Positions 1 to 9,270 of a DNA stretch of 64,000 bases are shown piece by piece (positions within the stretch are counted from its first letter, which is position 1; the number at the start of each line of letters is the position of its first letter). The notes below the pieces were generated by a model, which saw only the letters and a list, made by a program, of their open reading frames with translations, was not told the DNA's origin and did no database searches. Both the position numbers and the translations under genes were made by a program. The DNA comes from a virus (taxonomy: Duplodnaviria > Caudoviricetes): the IMG/VR virus record IMGVR_UViG_3300033463_000027, positions 1 to 64,000 of that record. The stretch is one strand, 5' to 3'.

Positions 1-4
1 GAGC

Positions 5-761
5 GTGATTCCAATTAAGTACATGGGTTCAAAGAGCAGGATAGCAAAATACATAGTTCCTATTTTGCAAAAAGAGATAGACGATAACAATATTAAAACA
101 TACCTCGAACCATTTGTGGGGGGGGGCAAATGTAATAGACAAAATCCATTGTGATGTTAAAATAGGCAACGATCTAAACCAATATTTAATCGCATTACTC
201 AAACACGTTCAGAATGGTGGTGAGTTACCAAGCAGTATCGACAGAGATGAATACAACAAAGTACGCTCCGCTTTTAATAATCATGATACTTCCGATTATG
301 AGGATTGGTATGTAGGAGCAGTTGGGTTTCTTGCAAGCTATAACGGTAGATGGTTTGACGGCGGTTACGCAAAACCCGGTTACGGAAAGACAAAAAACGG
401 TTTACGCTATCGAGATTATTATAGAGAAGCAAAAGACAATTTGCTTAATCAAATCCCAAACCTTAAAGATATACAGTTTACTTGCACAGATTATAGAGCT
501 ATCAAAGTAACCAATTCTTTTATTTATTGTGACCCGCCTTATGCGAATACCAAACAGTTTCTTAATTCTCAGAAATTTGACTATGATAAATTTTGGCAGA
601 CAATGAGAATTTGGTCTAAGACTAATACTGTTTACATAAGTGAACTTGAAGCACCAAATGATTTTGAATGTGTTTGGCAAAAAGATGTGCAACGCACTAT
701 GAAGTCAACAGATAATACAATGAGAGCAGTTGAAAAGTTGTTTAGATATAAAGGAGAGTGA
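5..761 (+). pseudogene. Dam/D12-class DNA adenine methyltransferase, frameshifted at a G9 tract (118-126)
   Basis: The frame from GTG at 5 reads IKYMGSKSRIAK...YLEPFVG and stops soon after the G run. The 114-761 frame continues GGANVID...IYCDPPY. With G8 the two fuse as EPFVGGANVID (motif I). Confidence 0.8.
118..126 (+). repeat. poly-G (G9) homopolymer within methyltransferase motif I
   Basis: tttgt-ggggggggg-caaat read directly from the sequence. Confidence 0.9.
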
Positions 762-1549
762 TTTCAATTAGTCATTACCAGTTGCAACAAGGTGATTGTC
801 TTGAATTAATGAAAGAAATTCCAGACAAAAGTATTGATATGATTTTGTGCGATTTGCCTTACGGAGTGACCCACAATTCAAAAGATAAATGTTTACCATT
901 AGATGAATTATGGACTGAGTATCACAGGATTATAAAAGACAACTCTCCAATACTTCTATTTGCACAAGGAACATTTTATGTTGATTTGGTCAATAGCAAT
1001 CGTAAAGAATTTCGTTATGATTTGATTTGGAATAAAGTTCTTAAAACTGGATTTCTTAATGCGAAAAGGATGCCGTTGAGACAGCATGAACAGATAGCCG
1101 TGTTTTATAAAAAGTTGCCTACTTACAATCCTCAGTTCACGCAAGGCTCTCCATTACATAGCAAGGGTTCGGCATACAAAAATAAAACATTCACCAATAA
1201 CAATTATGGAGATTTTAACATAACTGGTGATGAACGACAAGGAAGTACCGAAAAATACCCCAATAGCATTTTAACATTTTCAAAACCTCACCCATCAGTT
1301 TGTGTTCACCCTACACAAAAGCCTGTCGCCTTATTAGAATATCTTATCAAGACATACACTAATGAGGGTGATTTGGTTTTAGACAATTGTATGGGAAGTG
1401 GTTCAACTGGCGTAGCCTGTATTAATACAAACCGTGACTTCATTGGATATGAACTTGATAAAAACTATTTCAATATAGCCAAACAAAGAATTGAGAGTGC
1501 TTATGAAAATTCTAACAAACGAAATCCTCTGGACTCAATATCTGAATGA
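758..1549 (+). CDS. N4/N6 DNA methyltransferase (beta-class)
   Basis: DLPYG catalytic motif precedes HPTQKPVALLEYLI and the DNCMGSGST SAM-binding motif. Confidence 0.92.
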   Translation: MISISHYQLQQGDCLELMKEIPDKSIDMILCDLPYGVTHNSKDKCLPLDELWTEYHRIIKDNSPILLFAQGTFYVDLVNSNRKEFRYDLIWNKVLKTGFLNAKRMPLRQHEQIAVFYKKLPTYNPQFTQGSPLHSKGSAYKNKTFTNNNYGDFNITGDERQGSTEKYPNSILTFSKPHPSVCVHPTQKPVALLEYLIKTYTNEGDLVLDNCMGSGSTGVACINTNRDFIGYELDKNYFNIAKQRIESAYENSNKRNPLDSISE

Positions 1550-1691
1550 TAAAGATGAAGTAACGCACATAGTTACTTCGGACAAGCACCGAGATACATA
1601 CAAGCTCTATAAAATTGATGGAGATAAACCAGTGTTTACCAAACGCAAATCAAGTGACCCTCGTGATTTAGAACAATACATTTGGAGGTGA
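1491..1691 (+). CDS. hypothetical protein (likely start ATG 1503)
   Basis: Tightly packed ORF in the + operon. Confidence 0.6.
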   Translation: MRVLMKILTNEILWTQYLNDKDEVTHIVTSDKHRDTYKLYKIDGDKPVFTKRKSSDPRDLEQYIWR

Positions 1692-1885
1692 TGCAATTGC
1701 TTGTAATAATTTTTTGTTTATTGGTGATACTATCATTCTTCATTGATACTCAAATACCCCTCTATATATACATAATCGCAGGTATACTTGCGATAGATGA
1801 AATTGCTGTATTCCTCATAGGTCATGTAGATACAAAAGAAGATAGAGCAAGACGGAAGTTCTACAAGGATTATAGGAGAAAGTAA
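1682..1885 (+). CDS. small two-TM membrane protein
   Basis: Two hydrophobic stretches and a basic C-terminus; GGAGG upstream of the internal start. Confidence 0.6.
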   Translation: MEVMQLLVIIFCLLVILSFFIDTQIPLYIYIIAGILAIDEIAVFLIGHVDTKEDRARRKFYKDYRRK

Positions 1886-1886
1886 A

Positions 1887-2075
1887 ATGAAGTTTATTAT
1901 ATCTAATCTATTAAATATTATTTTAACAATAATATGGATTGTTGCTGGTATTAATGTATTATTATCTGATACAGTTTCCAAAACTGCTTATGCCGTGTTA
2001 TTAATTTGTTTTATAGCAACCTCGATTAGCAATATGGTTTTTAAATACTACTCCATGAAGAAAGAAGATGATTAA
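1887..2075 (+). CDS. small two-TM membrane protein
   Basis: Two hydrophobic segments; operon packing. Confidence 0.6.
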   Translation: MKFIISNLLNIILTIIWIVAGINVLLSDTVSKTAYAVLLICFIATSISNMVFKYYSMKKEDD

Positions 2076-3219
2076 ATTGAATACTGTCTATATGGATTAT
2101 AATGCATCAACTCCACCAACGCAAGAAGTGCTTGACTTTGCTGACCATCTGCAACAAGATTTTTGGTACAATCCAAATGCGGCTTACAAGCAGGGCAGAG
2201 AAGCCCGAAAGCTAATTGACAAAGCAAGAGAACAATGTGCCAATGCGATAGGCGCTGACCCCGAACAGATTATCTTTACTTCTTGCGCGAGTGAGAGTAA
2301 CGCAATGGTATTACATTATGCCAATTACAATTACGAATATTCATTCAAGTCACCTTTTGAACACCCCGACATTATGGAGAACAAAAACATTCGTGACCGT
2401 GGAATAGCATTTTGGAATGAATTTGGACAAAATGAAGGGTTGTGGGACTTCTTATCTGTCATGCTTGTCAACAATGAATCAGGTAGAATATTTAATATAA
2501 AGAAATATGCTGATAGTGTACATAAAGAAGGTTACATTGTACAAAATGGCAAGCTCCACTCCGATATGAGCCAAGCATTTGGTAAGATACCTATTAACAT
2601 TATAGACCTTAACGTAGATTTTGCGACGTTTTCGTCCCAAAAAATAGGTTCAATTCGAGGTTGCTCTGTTCTCTATGTAAAAGAACCCAAGACCTTTAAA
2701 AAGTTTTTTGAACCTTTAGTTTACGGTCATCAAGAAAACGGTCTGCGTGGCGGTACGGAGAACACAGTCGCGATAGTTTGTATGGGACTTGCTATGGAAA
2801 AGTACAACTATGACGAGACAATCAATGACGTTTGGCGACATTACAAACAGATAATGACAAGAGCCTTTAACTCAATCCCCGGTGCAGTTGTACTTAACAC
2901 AAACACCGATACTCATAAGTTTACTAACAATGTAGTCCAAGTCAGCTTCAAAGGTATAGAATCTGAAAGCCTTGTACTGATGTGTGATTCACAAGGTCTT
3001 TGCATCTCGGGCGGTGCAGCGTGTAATAGCGGTTCACTTGAACCAAGCAATGAAGTCAAGTATCTTTGCGGCTTACATGACCCCGATACTGTTAATCCTC
3101 ATGGGGTGGTTCGCATATCGTATGGTTGGGGGACTACGACACAGGACATATACCAAACAATCAAGATAATCAAGCAAGCTGTAACCAACCTCAGAGAGAT
3201 CAATGGAGGAATAAGATGA
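2068..3219 (+). CDS. iscS: cysteine desulfurase, class-V PLP aminotransferase (NifS/IscS-like)
   Basis: YMDYNASTP, IIFTSCASESN, VNNESG, HSDMSQAFGKIP, SSQKIG (PLP Lys), LRGGTEN, ISGGAACNSG (catalytic Cys). Confidence 0.88.
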   Translation: MIKLNTVYMDYNASTPPTQEVLDFADHLQQDFWYNPNAAYKQGREARKLIDKAREQCANAIGADPEQIIFTSCASESNAMVLHYANYNYEYSFKSPFEHPDIMENKNIRDRGIAFWNEFGQNEGLWDFLSVMLVNNESGRIFNIKKYADSVHKEGYIVQNGKLHSDMSQAFGKIPINIIDLNVDFATFSSQKIGSIRGCSVLYVKEPKTFKKFFEPLVYGHQENGLRGGTENTVAIVCMGLAMEKYNYDETINDVWRHYKQIMTRAFNSIPGAVVLNTNTDTHKFTNNVVQVSFKGIESESLVLMCDSQGLCISGGAACNSGSLEPSNEVKYLCGLHDPDTVNPHGVVRISYGWGTTTQDIYQTIKIIKQAVTNLREINGGIR

Positions 3220-3764
3220 AGATAATTGAGAACAATTATACTAAACCATCAGACCCACCCAAAATAGACAAGCCTAAGACTTATAGGGTACGTTGTGAGT
3301 GGTGTGGTTCTGTTATTGAAGCTGAGGACTCCGATCTCTTCCCAATAGACACGGGCTGTGTAAGCTTTAATTGTCCGTGTTGTAACAAGCGAAGTATGGC
3401 AGACAATATATCGGAACACATTACTTGGAGTATGATTAAGTACCCTGACAATTTTTGGCTTTATACTCACAATGCAGATACGCCAGATATCAAGTTACTT
3501 GAAAGCTCTGAGCATTATATCTCAAAAGCAATCGAAACTTTATATCATGAACTAAGCAAGATTGACCTCCCCGAAGATTACGAGAATGAGATTGGGCGTA
3601 GGTATTGGATGGGCAATACTATATTAATCATGTTTAAGTATCGCAATGATTGTAAAAGCGAAGTCAAAGAAGGGATTGAATATCTCTATGACATTCAGAT
3701 CGTTAAGCCTTTGGCAGATGCTGAAATAGCTGATTTACATAAGAGATTTTATGAGGGGGAATAA
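3216..3764 (+). CDS. hypothetical Zn-ribbon protein
   Basis: ATG at 3216 after GGAGG, overlapping the upstream stop; CEWC...CPCC. Confidence 0.65.
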   Translation: MKIIENNYTKPSDPPKIDKPKTYRVRCEWCGSVIEAEDSDLFPIDTGCVSFNCPCCNKRSMADNISEHITWSMIKYPDNFWLYTHNADTPDIKLLESSEHYISKAIETLYHELSKIDLPEDYENEIGRRYWMGNTILIMFKYRNDCKSEVKEGIEYLYDIQIVKPLADAEIADLHKRFYEGE

Positions 3765-3767
3765 TAA

Positions 3768-4343
3768 ATGCGACCTTTACTTTGTGTGTTAGGAGCCAGC
3801 GGATCGGGAAAGTCTACGCTCTGTTCTGAACTCGAAAAACGTTATGGTTTAAAGTCGATACCGAGTTATACTACAAGAGCGCCGCGATTTAATGTGGAGC
3901 AAGGACATACGTTTGTAACCGAGAACGAATTTGACAAACTTGAAGAAATCCTCGCGTATGCCAAGACGGACAATTGTCGATACGCCGTTACTAAAGAAAT
4001 GTTTGAGAACAAGAACTATTCTTTGTATGTTGTCGATCTCACTGGTCTCAAATATCTGTATAAACATTATCGCGGTAACAGACCTATAATCTCCGTTTTT
4101 CTAAGGGCTAATGCTTATGACAGATTTAACCATATGATTAATCGCAAGGATGAAAGAAACGAAGAGGAGATTATTAGGGCTGCTCTTGAAAGAATAGAAC
4201 ATGACGCGGTTGAGTTTAACGAAGAAGAAATAAAGAATAACGTGAATTACATATTCGATAATTATGAGGGACAGTTCGAGCTTGTTATTAATCTGGTTGA
4301 ACGGATTTGTAAGAATTATGGAATTATAAAGGAGCATAAATGA
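3768..4343 (+). CDS. gmk: guanylate-kinase-like (deoxy)nucleoside monophosphate kinase
   Basis: GASGSGKST P-loop and SYTTRAPR motif. Confidence 0.85.
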   Translation: MRPLLCVLGASGSGKSTLCSELEKRYGLKSIPSYTTRAPRFNVEQGHTFVTENEFDKLEEILAYAKTDNCRYAVTKEMFENKNYSLYVVDLTGLKYLYKHYRGNRPIISVFLRANAYDRFNHMINRKDERNEEEIIRAALERIEHDAVEFNEEEIKNNVNYIFDNYEGQFELVINLVERICKNYGIIKEHK

Positions 4344-4786
4344 TGGAAATTAAAATAAAGAAGTTACATGATGATAGCAAAATACCAACAAGAGGTAGTG
4401 AGTACGCAGCGGGGTACGACCTTTATGCTTATATAGAAGATAATGGTATGTTTGAAATCAAGCCGTTTGAGACAGTTCTTATAGGTGCCGGCATAGCTAT
4501 AACACCGCCCGATGGAACATTCGGTGCTATATTTGCAAGAAGTGGTTTAGCAACAAAGAATGGGTTGGCACCCGCTAACAAGGTCGGGGTTTGCGACATA
4601 GATTATACTGGAGAATATAAGGTTGCTTTGCATAATCATTCTGATAAGACAGCGTATGTGCATCACGGCGATAGAATAGCACAGCTTGTTTTTATTCCTT
4701 ATGTGGTTGGTGATTTTGTCGAGGTCGAAAACCTTAATGAAACAAAACGTGGTTCAGACGGTTTTGGCTCAACGGGTAACAAGTGA
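4340..4786 (+). CDS. dut: trimeric dUTPase
   Basis: AAGYDL, RSGLA, GVCDIDYTGE, GDRIAQL, RGSDGFGSTG motifs. Confidence 0.96.
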   Translation: MMEIKIKKLHDDSKIPTRGSEYAAGYDLYAYIEDNGMFEIKPFETVLIGAGIAITPPDGTFGAIFARSGLATKNGLAPANKVGVCDIDYTGEYKVALHNHSDKTAYVHHGDRIAQLVFIPYVVGDFVEVENLNETKRGSDGFGSTGNK

Positions 4787-4797
4787 GGTAAAAACAA

Positions 4798-5088
4798 ATG
4801 CTATACATTTGTAAAGATTGTCGAGAAACATTTGTAGACCCCGCCACCGAACGAGAGGATTGTGGTTGGGAAACCGATCTTGGTCATGTTTCGGCATATC
4901 AAGATTATTATGTATGCCCAAATTGTGGTAGCGAGGACATTGATGAAGAGGACGTATGTGCTATGTGCAAAGAAGCGTTCGCAAAAGACGAGATGGATTA
5001 TAACATAGATGGCGACTTGGTTTGCGAAAAGTGCCTATCGTCAATGAGTATTTACATAGATGAAGAAGGAGATAATAAAGATGATTAA
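4798..5088 (+). CDS. small acidic Cys-rich (Zn-finger) protein
   Basis: Four CxxC pairs; RBS GAGG. Confidence 0.7.
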   Translation: MLYICKDCRETFVDPATEREDCGWETDLGHVSAYQDYYVCPNCGSEDIDEEDVCAMCKEAFAKDEMDYNIDGDLVCEKCLSSMSIYIDEEGDNKDD

Positions 5089-5788
5089 AATTGAAAGCAC
5101 AGATGTTATTGGATGGCAAGCTGCTATACGCGGTATGAGAAACCCCATGAACTCGTGGGATAAGTCTGATAGTTTGATAGGTTGCAATGTAGGAAATTGT
5201 AGCTCATGCAATTTCAAATTTGATTGGTGTGGGAACACTCCACAATTATCTGTAGGAAAGAACGATCTTGACCTTATGAAACGTCTTGTTAATGCGGGGT
5301 CGGATCATTCTAAGTTTATGCGAATGATTAATGTTACTTGTGATGTTACAGCCCCCCTTTACTGGTGGAAGGAGTGCGATACATATAAAGTAGGAACAGT
5401 TAGGGATAGCTGTTCAACTATGCACAAGATACACTCTAAGGAATTTACTCTTGATGATTTTTCTCATGAACATTTGGTTGCTATCCATCTTGATATCTTG
5501 TCTGAAACAATCGAAGCATTAAATGCCGCCAGAGAACTTTATCTTGATTATGATGGGCATGAAGAAGAACTTGAAACTAAGTTTGGTATTAAAGACAAGA
5601 AGGATTTATGGTGGCAGATGATACAGCTTCTTCCGAGCAGCTACAATCAGAGAGCAACACTTCAATTAAACTATGCAGTTCTTAGAAATATGTATCACAG
5701 TAGAAAGAATCACAAGCTCGATGAGTGGCATGATTTTTGTGATTGGATTGAATCTCTTCCTTATGCAAGGGAGTTGATTACTATATGA
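5081..5788 (+). CDS. ThyX-like flavin-dependent thymidylate synthase (divergent)
   Basis: AIRGMRNP, DHSKFMRMI, APLYWWKE, SCSTMH, QLLPSSYNQ, RKNHKLDEW; lies next to dut and gmk; the canonical RHR motif was not seen. Confidence 0.65.
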   Translation: MIKIESTDVIGWQAAIRGMRNPMNSWDKSDSLIGCNVGNCSSCNFKFDWCGNTPQLSVGKNDLDLMKRLVNAGSDHSKFMRMINVTCDVTAPLYWWKECDTYKVGTVRDSCSTMHKIHSKEFTLDDFSHEHLVAIHLDILSETIEALNAARELYLDYDGHEEELETKFGIKDKKDLWWQMIQLLPSSYNQRATLQLNYAVLRNMYHSRKNHKLDEWHDFCDWIESLPYARELITI

Positions 5789-6546
5789 GTCAAGGTAAGC
5801 CATTAAATTTAGAGGGGCAAAGATTTGGTAGATTAGTTGTTATAAAAAGAGTTGAAAATGAAGTATCATCCAATAGAAGAAAGCAAAGCTATTGGCTTTG
5901 TCAATGCGATTGTGGTAATACAAAGGTAGTTAGAGGAACACATTTAACAGATGGTAACACTCAAAGTTGCGGTTGCCTTCAAAGGGAAACACTATTAAAG
6001 TGCCGTACTATTCATGGTCAATTTGGAACAAGAATATATGGCATATGGGCTGGTATTAAAAGCAGATGTAATCTTCCAACAGAGCCAAATTATAAACATT
6101 ATGGTGGACGAGGTATTTTTGTTTGTGAAGAATGGAATCAAAATTTTGCTGCCTTTTATGATTGGGCAATGCAAAACGGATATACCGACGAGCTTACAAT
6201 AGACCGTATAGATGTTAATGGAAATTATGAGCCATCGAATTGTAGATGGGTAGATATGAGAGTTCAACAAAACAATCGCCGCAATAATACTCATTTAGAA
6301 TTTAATGGAGATGTACATACTATAGCAGAATGGAGTAGAATTGTTAATATAAATGTTGAAACAATTATATCAAGACTGAGTAGAGGGTGGACAATTGAAC
6401 GCGCCTTAACGCAACCAGTTCAGCTTTCTGATGCGCAAAAAGCGGAATATGAAAGAAAAAGAGGGCTTAAACAAATCCGAAAGGAGTGTCTTGTTAATGA
6501 TTCCGACATTCAAGAATTACAATCTGTCAAACCTAATGACAGCTAA
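5785..6546 (+). CDS. free-standing HNH-type endonuclease
   Basis: GQRFGRLVV, WLCQCDCG, SCGC, YGGRGI, TIDRIDVNGNYEPSNCRW. Confidence 0.85.
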   Translation: MSQGKPLNLEGQRFGRLVVIKRVENEVSSNRRKQSYWLCQCDCGNTKVVRGTHLTDGNTQSCGCLQRETLLKCRTIHGQFGTRIYGIWAGIKSRCNLPTEPNYKHYGGRGIFVCEEWNQNFAAFYDWAMQNGYTDELTIDRIDVNGNYEPSNCRWVDMRVQQNNRRNNTHLEFNGDVHTIAEWSRIVNINVETIISRLSRGWTIERALTQPVQLSDAQKAEYERKRGLKQIRKECLVNDSDIQELQSVKPNDS

Positions 6547-6691
6547 AGAGCTTCAAGAATATTTACACATAGGCAAAAATAAAGCCTATGATCTAATCAA
6601 ACACAACGATGTTCCAACAGTAAAGATTGGCAACAGAATATACGTAGTAGCTGATAAACTACAACGATATATCGAAACGCATACAGTTTAA
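6497..6691 (+). CDS. excisionase / MerR-like HTH protein
   Basis: LMTAKELQEYLHIGKNKAYDLI...VKIGNRIYV; RBS AAGGAG at 6481; convergent with the integrase. Confidence 0.85.
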   Translation: MIPTFKNYNLSNLMTAKELQEYLHIGKNKAYDLIKHNDVPTVKIGNRIYVVADKLQRYIETHTV

Positions 6692-6729
6692 ACCATAAAT
6701 CAATTATCAAAAATTTTACAAAATCACAA

Positions 6730-6760
6730 GGGGTATGTATTACGCATACCCCATTTTTTT
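6730..6760 (+). terminator. intrinsic terminator between xis and int
   Basis: GGGGTATG-N7-CATACCCC followed by a T run. Confidence 0.8.
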
Positions 6761-6771
6761 ACTATTTTGGC

Positions 6772-7950
6772 TTACACATCAATCTGCGTTATGGTTTTAG
6801 CCTTTTCTTCCTCTATCAAATGAATGTATGTGTTATATGTGAACGAAACGCTTGCGTGTCCCAACATTTCAGATATCAGTTTAATATCCACTCCCTTACG
6901 TATCATTAAGCTTGCAAAGGTGTGTCTAAGAGTGTGTAATGACTGTGGGTTTTGTATCTTAGCTCTGCTACAAGTTTCAACATATAAAGAAGTAAGAGAA
7001 CTTATATCCCGTTTTCCATTTGTGGCGAATAGATAATCCGACTGTTTAGGCTTGCGGATATCATACAATTCAGATAAGTATTTCTGAGCCGATTGAGTCA
7101 GATAAACTATTCTACTCTTACGAGTTTTAGTGCTATCCTGTTTGATTACTTGGCGTTCATGATTTTCATCATATACTATAGCGATGTTAGCATGAATCTT
7201 AATATACTTATCTTTAAAATTTACATCAGACCATTTAAGAGACACCGCCTCCCCCGCTCTGATTCCCGTATAAATCATAGACACTATAAACAAGCCATTA
7301 TGAAAATCTGTACGCTTCCAGCTTTCATCCAAGGCAACGGCAATAAATCGCTCAATCTCATCATCATTAAAGAAACGAATATCCTTCGTTTGACTCTTGG
7401 ACTTCTTGGGCATTTCTACTAGCTCGCAAGGATTTGTAGGAATTAATCTCTGTTTATAGGCGAACTTCAAGGATTCATTCAAAAGAACATATGCCTTATG
7501 CATAGTAGAATAAGCGCAACCTTTGAGTATCAACTTGTTTATCATCTCATTCTGTATGATCTGAGTAGTTAAGTCCGTAAGATAGTAACCGCCAAGATAC
7601 GGTTCTATATTACTGTGCCAAGTATAAACGTTTCTGGCATGGCTTGCAATTTTGATTTGTGGTTTCTTGATGTTCTCCAAAAACGGAACGAAGAAATCTG
7701 AAAAGAGAACAAGGTCTGCCTTGTCTCTATCTTCTATAACATCGGTTTTCTTTTTAAACTCCCGCATCTTATAAATGACTTCTTCTTGGGAAGCATCATA
7801 AAAACGTTTGTACTTAACACGACCTTTTGGATATTTACCGATTTCAATTTGCCCGACCCATTTGTTTGTAGTGCTATCAAAATAGACCGCGCCCAAATCT
7901 TTTACGTGTCTAACCTTCTTGTTGTCCTTTGCCATAATTAACCACTCCAT
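6772..7950 (-). CDS. int: tyrosine integrase
   Basis: YTGIRAGE, LHTLRHTFAS, LGHASVSFTYNTYIH; adjacent to the tRNA-derived att core. Confidence 0.95.
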   Translation of the reverse strand: MEWLIMAKDNKKVRHVKDLGAVYFDSTTNKWVGQIEIGKYPKGRVKYKRFYDASQEEVIYKMREFKKKTDVIEDRDKADLVLFSDFFVPFLENIKKPQIKIASHARNVYTWHSNIEPYLGGYYLTDLTTQIIQNEMINKLILKGCAYSTMHKAYVLLNESLKFAYKQRLIPTNPCELVEMPKKSKSQTKDIRFFNDDEIERFIAVALDESWKRTDFHNGLFIVSMIYTGIRAGEAVSLKWSDVNFKDKYIKIHANIAIVYDENHERQVIKQDSTKTRKSRIVYLTQSAQKYLSELYDIRKPKQSDYLFATNGKRDISSLTSLYVETCSRAKIQNPQSLHTLRHTFASLMIRKGVDIKLISEMLGHASVSFTYNTYIHLIEEEKAKTITQIDV

Positions 7951-8022
7951 TCACAAAAAGTTTACATTGCTTATTGGGTAATGACTTATGTAAATGTATA
8001 CAAGCGTTCTGTTTTTTATTAC

Positions 8023-8051
8023 ATTATAGCACATTTGTGTTTTAATGTCAA
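8023..8051 (-). promoter_or_regulatory. sigma-A promoter of the integrase
   Basis: TTGACA-N17-TATAAT with extended -10 TG on the minus strand. Confidence 0.8.
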
Positions 8052-8057
8052 GGGAAG

Positions 8058-8330
8058 AATCGTGTAAAAATCGTGTAATTTTTCGGGAGAGTTAGGGATA
8101 AATAGGTACAAACAGGGAAACTTTCAGACTGTCTATAAAATAGCAGAGATAAAGAAAACCCTTGAAATACCGCTAAAATAACGATACTACAAGGGCTTGA
8201 TTGGCTGGGGTAGAAGGATTCGAACCTACGGAATGGTGGAGTCAGAGTCCAATCTTTAATAGCCCATAAACGCCCTATTTATCGGCACTTTAGCGATTTC
8301 TCATTTTGAAAATCGTGTAAAATCGTGTAA
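8058..8330. mobile_element. attP region with arm-type sites
   Basis: Tandem AATCGTGTAA pairs at 8058-8078 and 8311-8330 flank a tRNA 3' fragment; phage genes lie on both sides. Confidence 0.8.
8202..8250 (-). other. att core: 3' half of tRNA-Gln(CTG)
   Basis: Minus strand GGACT-CTG-ACTCC...GTAGGTTCGAATCCTTC-TACCCCAGCCA gives the anticodon arm, T arm and CCA; no 5' half is present. Confidence 0.85.
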
Positions 8331-8406
8331 AAATTTTCAAAACAGTTTTTTAGATTGTGCAATAGCAAAATAATCCTTGACACAATCGCCACTTGCTTAA
8401 ATATAT

Positions 8407-8435
8407 ATTATATCATAAGGTTAATTACTTGTCAA
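8407..8435 (-). promoter_or_regulatory. consensus sigma-A promoter pointing into attP
   Basis: TTGACA-N17-TATAAT with TG extension; no ORF between it and the att core. Confidence 0.7.
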
Positions 8436-8453
8436 TGAATAAATCGTAAAAAA

Positions 8454-8494
8454 TAGGGTACTCTCATCTATTAAGTATAGATAAGGGTACCCTA
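8454..8494 (-). terminator. terminator after the NYN gene
   Basis: TAGGGTAC...GTACCCTA long hairpin followed by Ts on the minus strand. Confidence 0.7.
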
Positions 8495-8512
8495 AATTTT
8501 TGTTGATACAGA

Positions 8513-9103
8513 TTAATTTTTTAGCAAACACTTCGAAAAGAAATCATCTCTCAAAACGTAATAATCATCAACGTGCGGAACAAGCGTTTTGAAGGACTGT
8601 CCTTCGACTACAACAACCGCTACAAGTTTACCATAATTTTTTAACTGTGAATATAAACTAATATAATCCGTGTCTCCACTTACAACAAAAGCCACATCGT
8701 AGGAATTATGAAAAGCTCCTGATAGAGCGTACAAGCCCAAATTTAAATCCGTACCTTTTTCAGATATAGAATAAGTTGATCTATCAGCTATATTCATTTC
8801 TATTTCGGGCTTGGTAGGTCGAGCTATGGTTCTACCATACACAACATCAATATATTTAAAATTCTCCAAACTCTTAATCCAATCATAATAACTCTTATAA
8901 TATGAATCATAAAGTAAAAAATCACATGGTTTTGGGGCGAATATGTATGATTTGGTATAGATAGTATTGTATTTAAGTCGAGAAATATTAATCATTAATT
9001 TAGAATAATCGACTTTGGAGGGTGGTTGCTCTAAGCTGTTGTAATACTTTTTAAAAGCAATATCAAAATTCAAGTAATCAAAAAACACCATTCCTCTAAG
9101 CAT
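8513..9103 (-). CDS. NYN (LabA/DUF88, PIN-fold) domain putative RNase
   Basis: Start MLRGMVFFDYLNF after GGAG; EKGTDLNL and VVSGDTDY acidic motifs. Confidence 0.85.
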   Translation of the reverse strand: MLRGMVFFDYLNFDIAFKKYYNSLEQPPSKVDYSKLMINISRLKYNTIYTKSYIFAPKPCDFLLYDSYYKSYYDWIKSLENFKYIDVVYGRTIARPTKPEIEMNIADRSTYSISEKGTDLNLGLYALSGAFHNSYDVAFVVSGDTDYISLYSQLKNYGKLVAVVVVEGQSFKTLVPHVDDYYVLRDDFFSKCLLKN

Positions 9104-9132
9104 GATGAAGGCAACTCCAAACAAAATTAAAA

Positions 9133-9240
9133 GGGAGTGTTGTTCTTCGAGTGCGGTCATTGCTCGGTATCTACGCATCTATGGAATCCATATCACTCCA
9201 CCGTGCCGCTCATTTAATCGAAGGGTGTCAACTAACTCCC
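9133..9240 (-). ncRNA. candidate structured leader RNA upstream of the NYN gene
   Basis: Nested pairings GGGAGT/ACTCCC, GTTG/CAAC, TTCGA/TCGAA, GCGG/CCGC, CGGT/ACCG, plus a TATGG/CCATA hairpin; GC-rich within AT-rich flanks. Confidence 0.55.
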
Positions 9241-9270
9241 GATTCTTAGATTTAATATTCTTATATTCTA

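Noticed and set aside
114-761. Intact methylase starting at TTG 114
   Set aside because: It would lack the N-terminal KYMGSK segment and half of motif I, which lie in another frame upstream of the G run
8202-8250. Functional tRNA-Gln gene, or a prophage/host boundary
   Set aside because: Only the 3' half is present and phage genes flank both sides, so it is read as attP
8058-8330. CRISPR-like or iteron array from the AATCGTGTAA repeats
   Set aside because: Only two tandem pairs flanking the att core, consistent with integrase arm sites; no repeat-spacer array was seen anywhere in the window
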